A stretch of DNA of 64,000 bases. Source: Octopus vulgaris. Lineage: Eukaryota. The stretch is from contig OX597824.1 in NCBI GenBank assembly GCA_951406725.2, positions 21,266,001-21,330,000 on the forward strand, read 5' to 3'. The notes below the pieces were generated by a model that ran no database searches, was not told the DNA's origin, and saw only the letters and a list, made by a program, of their open reading frames with translations. Below are positions 24,989 through 37,823 of this stretch, piece by piece. Each line of letters opens with the position of its first letter. Position 1 is the stretch's first letter. A program made the position numbers and the translations under genes.

Positions 24989-25546
24989 GAGTGAGAGAGC
25001 AGTGCATGCCATCAAAGTGACACTGGGTTAAAATATATGAAGCCCAGTATACCCATCATGACTACCCGTCTGATTAGGGTACACTAGGCACATGCATCAC
25101 AACCATATGTGCACGACATTGTGATCTCATATCATGATAGACAGCGCATGGCCTTGTAGGTGGGGCCCAGTTAGAATTTTCTTCTGGTCGAGTAGCCCAT
25201 CCCGCTCAAAAGGTCCCTGAATAAGGGTTGTTTAAGGATGTTGAATGAACCACCCATAGATCCAAAGGTGAATTATTCAAACCCCAAACAATCCCTCTCA
25301 ACACATGGCTATGATGCTACCCCACTACTTCTGCTCATGATCAGCGATGCACATATCATCAGCCACTAAGGGACATTCTCAACTAGTTAAGGTCAAACAA
25401 CTGAGAAGCAAATCTGTGGTATTGAGCAGAATATTTGCTGTAGCCCATCTTTTATACCAAGACAAAACATTGTACATATTTGATACTTCTGATCAGTTAA
25501 GATCAGAAGCCATGAGAGCCACTGCCTGGTACTGCATCAGGGCATT
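24989..25546 (-). mobile_element. ~550-bp non-coding element embedded in (AAT)n
   Basis: A second copy lies in the opposite orientation at 28850-29372. Both end CTCTCTCACTC(AAT)n. Class unassigned. Confidence 0.7.
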
Positions 25547-25556
25547 TATTATTATA

Positions 25557-25589
<33 letters not shown>

Positions 25590-25595
<6 letters not shown>

Positions 25596-25882
25596 GTCAT
25601 TGCCTTTGCACAGCTTCTAACGCTGGAGATGTACTATGGTGTCAGCTGTTCACTACCAGTGAACTAGTGTAACACCTCTTATTTTTCAAGCACCTTCCAG
25701 AGTATTCAAGCAGTGCTGTTTTCTGCAAGTGCTCCACCCTTATTGCAGCCCCTATTTACTCCATGTACTTCTCAAGATTTTTACTCACTGTTCCCAGGGC
25801 TTCGACAACTGCTTAACCTCCCAAGCTAACCTGCTATATCTATTGACTTTTCTTTCTTCCTTATCGCATACCTTGTCATACC
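25590..25882 (-). mobile_element. R4/Dong-type (RLE) non-LTR retrotransposon 3' fragment
   Basis: YDKVCDKEERKVNRYSRLAWEVKQL / VVEALGTVSKNLEKYME*IGAAIRVEHLQKTALL matches the RLE C-terminus. Flanked by (TAA)n on both sides. Confidence 0.8.
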
Positions 25883-25922
25883 TTATTATTATTATTATTG
25901 TTATTATTTTAGTATTATTATT

Positions 25923-26086
25923 AAGGCAGCAAGCTGGCAGAATTGTTAGCATGCCAGGCAAAATGCCTTGTGGTATTTCGACCGTCTTCACGTTTTGAGT
26001 TCAAATTCCACCGAGGTCGACTTTGCCTTTCACCCTTTTGGGGTTGATTACATAAGTACCAGTTACGCACTGGGGTTGATGTAATC

Positions 26087-26132
<46 letters not shown>

Positions 26133-26294
26133 ACAGGCTTCATTCGGTTTCCATCTACCAAATCCACTCACAAGGCTTTGGTCAGCCCGAGGCTATAGTA
26201 GAAGACACTTGCCTAGTGTGCCACACAGTGGGACTGAACCCGGAACCATGTGGTTGGGAAGCAAGCTTCTTACCGCACAGCCATGCCTGCGCCT
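25923..26294. mobile_element. Family M (+, 25923-26087) and family A 5' half (-, 26130-26294) joined by (CA)n
   Basis: Homology to other copies in the window. Confidence 0.85.
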
Positions 26295-27037
26295 AACTGA
26301 AAACCGGAGCTCTCTGAGTGAAGTCCTTTGTAGTATTTGTTCTACACTGAGTTTCAGACACTCCCATGTCACCCATGCTAGAAACACAATGAACTTGTGA
26401 TTGTCTCAATGGAAACCTTTAAAAATAAAATAAAATATGCTACTTATTATTAACCAATTGCAGTATATAATATACAGAATAAGAGCGTAACTTACCTTGC
26501 TGTGATATGCTAAACAGTTTTATCTCGTCAGAACATCTAAAGCCACTTCTTGAAAATTTGACTTCATATCCACTTCCTTATGATATTAACAACAACTTAT
26601 GCTAGCTTTTAGCTCTCTCCCCACCCCCCCACCACTCGCCCAAATCTCAAATCGTATTACTGCAAAACGTTTATCCTTCTTGGGATTATGTATACGCAAT
26701 GCACTCAAAGAATTTGTATGATACAAAGGCAGAAGCACAGATATGTATGTGTGTGTATAATATGCATATACATATTTATCTGTGATCGTTTGTAGAAAAA
26801 TTCAATTTCTAGTTTTGCTGCTGACTTAAGCTCCAACCACAATCTATTTTGATGATTTCTTACAGATTGCACTAAAGTCAGATGATCCAAAATATCCAAC
26901 CTAGATTGTTATATTGGCTTGTTTTCCATCCATTACAGAGAGGACACAGTTCCATCTTTTAACCCATAAAAGGGTGGGAAATGTTTGCATGAATGTGTGT
27001 GCCAAATGTGCAAAAAAACTCCAAAATATCTTTTTTT

Positions 27038-27357
27038 CTATTTCTTTACTACCCACAAGGAGCTAAACACAGAGGGGACAAACAAGGACAGACAGACAGA
27101 TTAAGTCGATTATATTGACCCCAGTGCGTAACTGGAACTTAATTTATCGACCCCGAAAGGATGAAAGGCAAAGCCGACCTCGGAGGAATTTGAACTCAGA
27201 ACGTAGTGGCTAACGAAATACCTATTTCTTTACTACCCACAAGGAGCTAAACACAGAGGAGACAAACAAGGACAGTCAAACGGATTGTCGATTATATCGA
27301 CCCCAGTGCGTAACTGGTACTTATTTAATCGACCCCGTAAGGATGAAAGACAAAGTT
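27038..27357 (-). mobile_element. SINE family M, 5'-truncated dimer
   Basis: Two units, no head. Confidence 0.88.
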
Positions 27358-27469
27358 ATACGATAAAACCCTTTCTGCAGACCGGTGGTCTCCATCCAGC
27401 CTTGGCTGTTCCATGAACTGTGTCCAAAATTTTAAAAGGCTGAGGTGTAGAAACACAAAATTACTCAGT

Positions 27470-27773
27470 CATCATCCTCATTGTTTAATGTCCGCTTTCC
27501 ATGCTAGCATGGGTTGGACGATTTGACTGAGGACTGGCGAACCAGATGGCTGCACCAGGCTTCAATCTGATCTGGCTAAGTTTCTACAGCTGGATGCCCT
27601 TCGTAGTGCCAACCACTCCAAGAGTGTAGTGTGTGCTTTTACGTGGTACTGGCAACGGCCACGCCCAAATGGTGCTTTTTATGTGCCACCTGCACAGGAG
27701 CCAGTCCAGCAGCACTGGTGACGACCTTGCTCGAATGTTTCACGTGCCACCAGCACAAGTGTTAGTAAGGCGA
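27470..27773 (-). mobile_element. Family G
   Basis: (CAT)n followed by the reverse-complement family body. Confidence 0.85.
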
Positions 27774-28479
27774 GACTTATAATAATTATTGACTTTCATA
27801 AATCTTTCATTTGGGGAGAAAAAACTGGGGAAACGAGTTTGTTGTTCATTAATAAAGCTAATTAATGAGTAGACAGCCTTTTAGAAATCTGGGGTCTGTG
27901 GGAAAATTCGTTTAAATCAAAGGGGTCTTAAGCAGTGAAAAGTTTGGGAACCTTTGCTACAGGCTATGAATAATTCATGATGAAAAGATAAAAGTTTAGC
28001 GAATCTGTTTCCTGCTTGATTTCCTGAGTCTGCTGGCTCTAAATTGTTATATCTGAAGCCTTTCTCTGTAGATGCGTCTCGTTAAAAGGTGGCGGGGTGG
28101 ATCTCTAATACTATATTCATGTTATAAACTTCATTTACCTGTTTGTATATAAAGTTATGTAATATAAGTGCAGGAACATTTTTATTATTGAAATATAAAC
28201 ACAGGCGTAGGAGTGGCTGTGTGGTAAGTAGCTTGCTTACGAAACCACATGGTTCTGGGTTAGTTGGGGGTAAGTTGATTACATTGGTCCCCAATACTCA
28301 GCTGGTATTTATTTAATCGATCCCAAAAGGGTGAAAGGCAAAGCTGACTTCAGCAGGATTTGAACTCAGAATGTGAAGATGAACAAAATGCTGCTAAGCA
28401 TCATGCCTGGCATGCTAATGGTTCTGCCATTTTGCCACCTCAGTTATAATAATAATAATAATAATAATAATGATTGTAG

Positions 28480-28778
28480 TTGTTTGTTCCTTCTTGACCC
28501 ACGCCTGGCTCATAAGGGCCGGTTTCCCAGTTTCCTTGGTGTATAGGTTCCCCACCTGGACAGGACGCCGGTCTGTCGCAGGTGAGCTGCAAGATGCAGG
28601 AGGAAAGAGTGAGAGAAAGTTGTGGCGAAAGAGTCAGAAGTTCGCCATTACCTTCTGCCAGAGCCGCGTGGAGCTTAGGTGTTTTGCTCATAAACACACA
28701 CATCACCCGGTCTGAGATTCGAACCCACGATCCCTCGACCGCGAGTCCGCTGCTCTAACCACTAGGCCATGTGCCTCC
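28480..28778 (-). mobile_element. SINE family R, full length
   Basis: Head to AAGAAGGAACAAACAAC tail. Confidence 0.9.
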
Positions 28779-28809
28779 AATGATAGTAGTAGTAGTAGTA
28801 GTAGTAGTA

Positions 28810-28849
<40 letters not shown>

Positions 28850-28850
<1 letters not shown>

Positions 28851-29372
28851 CACTTCTGATCTTAACTGATTGGAGGTGTTATCTTGTACATTGTTATGTT
28901 TTGGCATAAAAGTTGGGCTACAGCAAATATTCTGCTCAATACCACAGATTTGCTTGTCAGTTGTTTGACCATAACCAGTTGACCATGTCCCTTAGTGGCT
29001 GACGATATGTGCATCTCTGATCACGAGCAGAAGTAGTGGGGGAGCATCGTAGCCATGTGTTGAGAAGAATTCTAAGAGGTTTGGATAATTCACCTTTGGA
29101 AACATGGGTGGTCCGTTCAACATCCTTAAACAATCCTTATTCAGGGACCTTTTGAGTGGGATGGGTTATTCGACCAGAAGAAAATTCTAACTGGGCCCCA
29201 CCTGCAAGGTCATGTGCTATTTATCTTGATATGAGATCACCATGTCACACACATGGTTGTGATGCATGTGCCTAGTGTACCCTAATTGGACGGGTAGTCA
29301 TGATGGGTATACTGGGCTTCATATATTTTACCCCAGTGTCACTTTGATGGCATGTACAGCTCTCTCACTCAA
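28850..29372 (+). mobile_element. Second copy of the (AAT)n-embedded element
   Basis: Reverse complement of 24989-25510, slightly 5'-shortened, flanked by (AAT)n. Confidence 0.7.
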
Positions 29373-30294
29373 TAATAATAGAAATATTAATAATAATAGG
29401 AATAATAATAATAATAGTAATAGTAATAATAATAAGAACAATAATGATAACAATAACATAGTGAAGAAACGAAGCAATGCTTTGCAATTCAATAAAAGAT
29501 TATTTTCAGTAACTAAAATTAATGTTACTACTAAAATGTATTTAGAAATCCATTTTTAGTTATTGATTAATTACATATGTTTTTATCATGTTGAAAAGTG
29601 GCGGGTGGGGTGGGGGGAATAAATAAATAAATAAATAAATAAAACTGCAAAAAATTAATCTTACTCTCTCTACAAAAGATCCATTTTTATATAATATGTT
29701 TTTGAAAAATCAATCGTTAATTCTGCTTCACTGGTATTGTCGGCAATCGGTCACACATCATTGGTCTCCTCAGCTCCTTCTTTATGAATATTTATAAATT
29801 TATAAATCATCTTTGACTCCAAGTTTACAGGAAATTTCCAAAATTCACGCCAGCTTTAGATTGATATCCTTATCAAATTGATATTGGTGCCATTTTTATA
29901 TTTTTGGTCTTATTCTTTATATTTTTCGTTTCTTTTACTCGTTTACTCATATCGTTCTCAGTAGTTATTTTAAAGTTTGCCCCTTATTTTATTGACTGCT
30001 CTTTGTTGAATTGCTAAGTTAAAGCACACAGGTGTGAATGTGGACATGGATGCGCGCACACACACACACGTAACACGCATTCGCAAATGCATGCACATAA
30101 CAGCTGTTTCTAAACAAGGTAATATTTTCTTCACTCTCTTGCACAAACAACACTATGGCCAGACATGTTTTCACGGAAGATTGCAAACGACACTGCTTGT
30201 GAAATGGGGACATTTTTTTACAATTAGCATGGGATGTCAAGACAAGGAAATACTCACACACACACATTCACATATATACACACAAATATATATA

Positions 30295-30334
<40 letters not shown>

Positions 30335-30341
<7 letters not shown>

Positions 30342-30536
30342 ACCGCGTGTTTACCGTTGGCGATTTTTTTCCTCTGTCTTCCCTTCTCTGGATCTTTCCT
30401 TCTCCTATGTTTCCAATGAAAAGCTCCGCTCAAAACATTAAACCCTCCCTCTTCCCTTCCTTCCTGAGCGTCAATAATACTATATTTGTTCCACGTCCTC
30501 GCGTTGTTGTGTTTTTTTGTGCTTTCTTGTTTGGAT

Positions 30537-30540
<4 letters not shown>
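30335..30540 (+). mobile_element. Penelope-like remnant in (TA)n with a decayed minimal hammerhead motif (30409-30443)
   Basis: (TA)n on both sides. Homologous to 53322-53505 (-). Confidence 0.65.
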
Positions 30541-30585
<45 letters not shown>

Positions 30586-30711
30586 ATTCAACAGAGGCTA
30601 CGTAAAGGCAAGACTAACTGTTATGCATCTCAGTCCGACAATGACTTAGCTGGTTGAAACTTCGAGGTCACTGGCAACAACATTCTTGTTTAAGAATAAT
30701 AAATGTATGTA

Positions 30712-31015
30712 TCATCATCATCATCATCATCGTCATTGTTTAACATCTGCTTTCCATGGTGGCATAGGTTGGACGGTTTGACTGAGGACTGGTGAGCCAG
30801 GATGCTGCACCAGGCTCCAATCTGATCTGGCAAAGTTTCTACAGCTGGATGCCCTTCCTAACGCCAACCACTCTGAGAGCGTAGTGGGTGCTTTTTACAT
30901 GCCACCGGCACGAGGGCCAGTCAGGTGGCACTGGCAACGATCATGCTCGGATGGTGCTTTTAGCGTTCCACTGGCATGAGTGCCAATCAGGCGGTACTGT
31001 CATCTGCCACATCTG
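30712..31015 (-). mobile_element. Family G
   Basis: (CAT)n plus family body. Confidence 0.85.
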
Positions 31016-31025
31016 CAATGTATAT

Positions 31026-31056
<31 letters not shown>

Positions 31057-31714
31057 CATATATATCTATATACACATACACCCAAAGATACACTCATACA
31101 GAGATTTAACTCTGGCTTTTCTCAGTTTCCCTGAACCAACTCCACTCACAAAGTTTTGCTCAGCTAGGGCTTATAGCGCAAGATATTTGCCCCAAATGCA
31201 GCAAAGTGGGATTGAACCTGGAACCACATGATTGCGAAATAAACTTCTTACCTCCCCCTCCTCCACACACACAGACCCATTCCTGTGGCCCATCGTGAAT
31301 GAAATTTAGTTTAGATGAAAATAGTGCAGAATCCCTGCTGCACGTATCTTAACACAACACGTACACATGTTAAAATAACAATATGTACTAAAACAACATT
31401 TCCAGTGCAACTATAATATATTTTTGTAGCTACCGAACTTACTCAGCATTCAAATATACTCCATGTCAATATTTGGTTACGTATTATTGTGGAACCCTTT
31501 GTCTTGTAATCAGAAGTTTCTTCTGCTTGCTGTCTTATATTGATTTCAGTTATTGGACTGCAGTTATGCTTGGTGACCACATACTAGGGTTGATATAATC
31601 AACTAAAGCCACTGCCTTTTGTCTATTTAAGTACATAGTCTTTGACCTATTTTACTTAATCGAATGGATAAGTCCACCAGAGTTATATCCCTTTAGAGAG
31701 TCGCTTTCCTCTTA

Positions 31715-32098
31715 TCTCTCTCTATATAAACGGCAGTTTGTCTGTGCGTGTTTCTGTGTGTCTGTTTGCTTCTACCCTCACCCTGACCACGGCTTTCAAC
31801 TGATTCTGATGAAACTTGACACACACATAGCCCAATGTCATAATTCAAAACTAACGCAGCGAAAATTTTGAAAAGTTCCCCCAGTTCTGAAAAAAATCGA
31901 TAAATTCGACATGGGGTCGAGAATCAGAAACACAAACCGCAAACTGTCTAGGGGATGCAATTCCACCTTTTTTTACTCTCAAAAAAAATTTACCATCATT
32001 TTTTTCCATTTTTTGGCTATTTTTGGGCTATAACTCTCTAAAAATGCTTTATAGTTATTTCCCTTACAAACCTGAACAACGCCGGGCGATACTGCTAG
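31715..32098 (+). mobile_element. Non-autonomous Helitron H5
   Basis: A|TCTCTCTCTATATAAACGG..CCTGAACAACGCCGGG.GATACTGCTAG|T. Confidence 0.88.
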
Positions 32099-32174
32099 TG
32101 GACTTATATGTTACAAGGTGTTGGCACCAGTTTACACAAGCACAAACAATATATGTACACACATACACACACAC

Positions 32175-32540
32175 ATGCCAGGTGAAATGCTTAGAGGTAT
32201 TTCGTCTGCCGCTACATTCTGAGTTCAAATTCCGCCAAGGTCGACTTTGCCTTTCGGAGTCGATAAATTAAGTACCAGTTACGCACTGGGGTCGATATAA
32301 TCGACTTAATCCGTTTGTCTGTCCTTTTTTGTTTCCTCTGTGTTTAGCCCCTTGTGGGTAGTAAAGAAATAGGTATTTCATCTATCTTTACGTTCTGAGT
32401 TCAAATTTCGCCAAGGTTGACTTTGCCTTTCATCCTTTCAGGGTCGATAAAATTAAGTACCAGTTGCGTACTGGGGTTGATCTAATTGACTGGCAATCCC
32501 CCAAAATTTTGGGCTTTGTGCCTAGAGTAGAAAAGAATAT
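32175..32540 (+). mobile_element. SINE family M dimer
   Basis: Two central domains, alternative tail. Confidence 0.88.
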
Positions 32541-32902
32541 ATGCACACACACACACACGTGTGTATATTATGTATGTATATTAGTGTTTGTGTCTCTGAG
32601 CTTGTATATAGTGGTGTAAATATTTTATCACATTTAAGTCCATAATAGGAAAGTGATTTTCTGATGGAATATAACCCTGGTGGCCATAGCCATTTGATTG
32701 ATAAATATCAGCATAGATTGATAGAGACTGATAGAGATTGATTAACTAAGTACAAGACTTAAGCACTGGGACTTGACCAAGGTGGGATGGTCATGGTTAG
32801 AATAGCCTTGATTATTAGTCTGCTCAGCCAGGGCTGACCTGTTGCTAAAGCAATGGAGGACAGACATCAGGATGTGTAAACACCATAACTGTTTTTTTTT
32901 TT

Positions 32903-33408
32903 TATTGTTCCTTCTCAAGCCATGCGTGGCTCATAAGGGCCGGTTTCCTGATTTCCTTGGCGTATAGGTTCACCACCTGGACGGGACTCCAGTCTGTCGC
33001 AGGTGAGCTGCAAGATGCAGGAGGAAAGAGTGAGAGAAAGTCGTGGCGAAAGAGTCAGCAGAAGTTTCACCATTACTTTCTGTCAGAGCCACTTGGAGCT
33101 TAGGTGTTTCGCTAATAAACACACACATCACCCGGTTTGAGATTCGAACCCGTGATCCCTCAACCGCGAGTCCGCTGCTCTGTCACTAGACCATGTGCCT
33201 CCACTTTTAAGACATTGGATATACAGTGGTACCTTGGTTTTCAAACAACTCTGATCATGAATAAATCGTGCTTCATCCGTCTTTCTCATATTCATTTAAT
33301 GCTTAAGTGCTTCGCTCATAAACACACACATCACCCAGTCTGAGATTCGAACCCGCGATCCCTCGACCGCGAGTCCGCTGCTCTAACCACTAGGCCATGT
33401 GCCTTCAC
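32903..33408 (-). mobile_element. Two family R copies (32903-33203; 33300-33408) around a Tigger-like terminus (TACAGTGGTACCTTGG, ~33222)
   Basis: Homology to other R copies. The TIR-like sequence is seen at one end only. Confidence 0.75.
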
Positions 33409-34041
33409 AAACACCTTAACTGGAAATACCGACAACAGCTTCTATCACAATGCAAGCACTGTACTGTGTTTTACATAGCATTTTACACAGACAGTATCGG
33501 CGGTTGTCTGCTACATATATTATATGACAACAGGAACACAAGACCATCATCTGTAAAAGACATTTTCGACAGCTGTCAGAATAAGGAAGTTGCTGTTTCT
33601 ATCACAGCGTTTGATAGATGTGTCGGTAGCATATTAAAGAAGCTGTACTCATTACATATACCAATGTCAACAGCAACAACAAAATAAATAAACAAAAGGC
33701 CCCTACGAATCTCCAAGAGTTTTGCCGACCAGAAATTTATTGTATGAGGAAATTTGTTGGATGTTGCGTTCTGTGTATGAGTTGTGAGATTTTGGGTTTT
33801 TGTGTGGTTTGTTGTTTATAAGCGTAGGAATGGCTGCGTGAGTGAGAAGCTCATGTTGCAACCATGTAGCTTTGGGTTCAGTCCCAGTGCGCAGCATCCT
33901 AGGGTCCATGACAGAAAAAAAGGTGGTACTCAGGGCTCCTGAGACTGGTGGGCGAGAGGGAGGGAGGGCTCCTGAGTCTGGTGGGAGAGAGGGAGGAGGG
34001 AGGGACGGAGGGAGGGGAGGAGGAATCCTCAAACTGGGAAC

Positions 34042-34340
34042 CTAGTGTAAATGCTGCCAACAAAGTGGATTCAGCTAAAGATATTCAAGGTGCCAGGAAG
34101 TGATGGATTAAGTCTACCACCCAAGCAGTCCATGGAGAGATTTGAACACAGAATGCAAGGCATCCATTCTTACATCATCATCATCATCATCATCATTGTT
34201 TAACGTCCGCATTTCCATGCTAGCATGGGTTGGACGAGTTGACATCTGCATATCAAATTTGAGCGCAATCGGATGGAGGATGCCCAAGATCCTAGAAGAC
34301 ACACACACACAGACAGACAGAACAGATTTTATATAATAGA
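34042..34340 (-). mobile_element. Possible additional Helitron-like element interrupted by a family G tail
   Basis: Minus strand starts A|TCTTATTATATAAAATCTGTTCTGTCTGTCTG(TG)n. CTAG at 34042-34045, hairpin unclear. Confidence 0.4.
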
Positions 34341-34509
34341 TATTTAAACCTTCATTTAAATCATATATTTCCTACCTTCTCACCCAGTATACAGGTAATT
34401 TGCTACGTCAGTAATGTTCACATTTTCATAAACTTAATTAATTTCCAATTTTTTTTACAGAATGATAATTTATTTTAGAAAGTAGTTTGTGTCTAAGAAT
34501 GACATTCTT

Positions 34510-34860
34510 CATCATCATCATCATCATCATCGTTTAACGTCTGCTTTCCATGCTAGCATGGGTTGGATGGTTCGACTGGGGTCTGGGAAGCCGGAAGGCT
34601 GTACCAGGCTCCAGTCTGATCTGGCAGTGTTTCTACAGCTGGATGCCCTTCGTAACGCCAACCACTCCGTGAGTGTAGTGGGTGCTTTTTACATGCCACT
34701 GGCACAGGTACCAGGCGAGGCTGGCAATGGCCACGATCAGTTGGGGCTTTTTACGAGTCACCGGCACGGAGGCCAGTCGAGGTGGCGCTGGGAACGGCCA
34801 CGTTCAGTTAGTTCTTTTACTGGCACTGGTATCACAACTACAATTTCCATTGATTTTTGA
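34510..34860 (-). mobile_element. Family G
   Basis: (CAT)n plus family body with internal repeats. Confidence 0.85.
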
Positions 34861-35239
34861 TTTCGTTTAAAAGGTAACACAACATGAGCAGTACCATCAA
34901 CTAGACAGAGGCTAAAATAAAATGTATGTATATTTTGAAATGAAAATATACAAGTAAATAACTTATTAATAAATTAATCGACAACATTTATTTCTAGATT
35001 CTGTTTAGATTCTCACAGCTGACTTGTTCTCATATTACAAAATGTAGTTTTCCTACTGTAAAACCATCACACCTATATTTGTAACTTTAGTCTATATTTT
35101 CAAAGAAATACTCTTCTACCTGTATCAGAGAGAGAGAGAGAGAGGTGGGGATAGTCCGAAAGAAATTTTCTCTTACAAGTGATTCTGTTTTTATTGGACG
35201 ATCAAGGCTGATCTGGGGCTACATGACATGAGCAATTAC

Positions 35240-35344
35240 GCATGTGTGTGTATGTGTGTGTGTGTGTATGTGTGTGTGTGTGTGTGTGTGCATGTGCATG
35301 TGTGTGCATGTGTTTGTGTATGTATGTATCTGTCTATCTATCTA

Positions 35345-35405
<61 letters not shown>

Positions 35406-35428
35406 ATCTATCTATCTATCTATCTATA

Positions 35429-35497
<69 letters not shown>

Positions 35498-35662
35498 GTC
35501 TGTCTGTCTATATCTATCTATCTGTCTATCTATCTATATCTATCTGTCTGTCTGTCTGTCTATATCTATCCATCTATCTATCTATCTATCTATCTATATC
35601 TCTCTCTCTATATATATATATATAATATATATATATATATGCACATGCACACACACACACAC
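35240..35662. repeat. (TG)n-(TCTA)n-(TA)n compound microsatellite
   Basis: Direct inspection. Confidence 0.95.
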
Positions 35663-36073
35663 TTCAAAGCTTTTGCCCCTGAACTTACAAACATAATCAC
35701 TCCTTTGCTCTCTTTTTTACTTTAGTGATCTCAGCCACGCTGCTGCCAGAAAGTATTTCAAGCATTACCTGTACCAGTTAGTAATAGTCATGGGAAAAGA
35801 TGTACACCCCCACCCCACCCCACCCACCCCATCCCACTCCACTACCATCCCTGAATATAGGAATACGGAGGTGGGTGGAAACACTATTACTAGCATGCAA
35901 GGAAATATCTATCTTAGACTTCAAAACAACTTCCTTTTCGCGACCTCTGAAGTTCAGAGTTAATATTCATAAAGAGCTTGTAGTTTATTTGAAGCATGAT
36001 TGTGTAAGAATAGGTAATGGGTGGTAATGGAAGCCACTCATGACCTGGACTGATATACCCTCAAGATCTCTCT

Positions 36074-36361
36074 TAATAATAATAATAATAATGAAATTAT
36101 TGTATACAGTGCTCAGGTGCACCACAACTTGTCAAAAGTGTGTATAAAGCATACACAGTAATGTATAAATGTCTGGGGAGTGAACAGTGTATGAGTCAGA
36201 TACATGCTTGCGTATGTATGGAGGGGAGAAAATCAGGTGTAGTGTTGGCGAATCTCAGGAAGCATGGAAGTTTTGAAGGATGCAGTGCTCCGACAACTAA
36301 CAACTGACGCCGGCAGTTTGTTCCATGCTTCAGCAACTCTTAACATGAAAAAATGATTCTT
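36074..36361 (-). mobile_element. CR1-type LINE 3' end
   Basis: KNHFFMLRVAEAWNKLPASVVSCRSTASFKTSM..* (FF.RV..WN.LP..VV..FK motif), short 3' UTR and (ATT)n tail. Confidence 0.8.
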
Positions 36362-36647
36362 CATGTGGCATGTCTTATGGTGTTATTGGTCATAGACTTC
36401 CAGTCTATAGTCTGAAGGTTAGTGATTTTTCTTGGGGAAAGATAGCCTTCTGCTGGTTGAATTACCGTTTATTCAGCTAGTCTCCTGCTCTCTTGAACTT
36501 AACCTTTAGACACAGGAGCATATTTCTTGCCAAAAGCAAGAGGTACGGGTTCATATGACATTAGTCCGTATACTGATAGGCCTGTGAGACACATATCCAG
36601 GAGCAAGCCCTCTTCTTAGTCCTGTATTTCTCAGGTACAAGACACTC

Positions 36648-37150
36648 AAGGCGGTGAGCTGGCAGAATCGTTAGCATGCCAAGCGAAATGCATAGCCGTA
36701 TTCTGCCGTTACGTTCTGAGTTCAAATTCCGCCGAGGTCAACTTTGCCTTTCATCCTTTTGGGGTCGATAAATTAAGTACCAATTACGCACTGGGGTCGA
36801 TGTAATCGACTTAACCCGTTTGTCTGTCCTTGTTTGTCCCCTGAGTGTTTAGCCCCTTGTGGGTAGTAAAAAAATAAGTATTTCGTCTGCCATTACGTTC
36901 TGAGTTCAAATATATATATATATATATATTGTATGTGTGTGTATATGTTTGTGTGTCTGTGTTTGTCCCCCCAACATTGCTTGACAACCGATGCTGGTGT
37001 GTTTACGCCCCCATAACTTAGCGGTTCGGCAAAAGAGACCGATAGAATAAGTACTAGGCTTACAAAGAATAAGTCCTGGTGTCGATTTCCTCGACTAAAG
37101 GCGGTGCTCCAGCATGGCTGCAGTCAAATGACTGAAACAAGTAAAAGTGA
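36648..37150 (+). mobile_element. Family M (36648-36911) fused via (TA)n to a family A 3' half (36925-37150)
   Basis: Homology to other copies. Confidence 0.85.
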
Positions 37151-37302
37151 GAAAAAAATTTGTAGAGACTGTTTTTTTTTCTCTCCACAATAAATACAGA
37201 TTCATCAATTAGAAATTTACTAAATTTGTGGATGGGCATAACACGAATACTCAACTGTCGTGTGAAGAGATTTATCACAAAAGTTTACATTATTGACATT
37301 AA

Positions 37303-37624
37303 AGACTCCGCCGGTTACGACGACGAGGGTCCCAGCTGATACGATCAACGGAACAGCTTGCTCGTGAAATTAACGTGCAAATGGCTGAGCATTCCACAGA
37401 CACGTGTACCCTTAACGTAGTTCTCGGGGATAATCAGCGTGACACAGAGAGTGACAAGGCTGACCCTTTGAAATACAAGTACAACTCATTTTTGCCAGCT
37501 GAGTGGACTGGAGCAACGTGAAATAAAGTGTCTTGCTCAAGGACACAACGCATCGCCGGGAATCGAACTCACAACCTTACGATCATGAGCCGAATGCCCT
37601 AACCACTAAGCCACGCGCCCTCAC
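37303..37624 (-). mobile_element. SINE family R variant, full length
   Basis: tRNA-like head, CACTCAGCTGGCAAAAATGAG domain, tail shared with 43290-43672. Confidence 0.88.
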
Positions 37625-37823
37625 ACATTATTGACATATAATGGATCTGAATTTAACACACTTTTGGCTTTTACAGTTTGTTTTTTGCAAAAAAGAAATA
37701 AGAGCAGATGAATATTTATCTTTGGTGAGATAGATGGAAGATACCTTAATAGATATTTTGGAATTATCAGTAGTTTATGATTTAAAGGCATGTTGCCTTC
37801 TATTTACTCTATAATATAAACAA

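Noticed and set aside
25485-25546. U2 snRNA similarity (TCAGTTAAGATCAGA, CCTGGTACTGCA)
   Set aside because: Two short imperfect matches with the wrong spacing and no Sm site or branch-point region.
26490-26600. Minus-strand exon ending at a strong donor (CAAG|GTAAGT, ~26496)
   Set aside because: No clear acceptor, and the local ATG frame stops before the donor. An untranslated exon cannot be supported without transcript data.
27880-27960. Complete Charlie-like MITE (also ~8975-9021)
   Set aside because: Only one degenerate terminus (AAAAGTTTGGGAACC) is recognisable, and I found no partner end or TSD.
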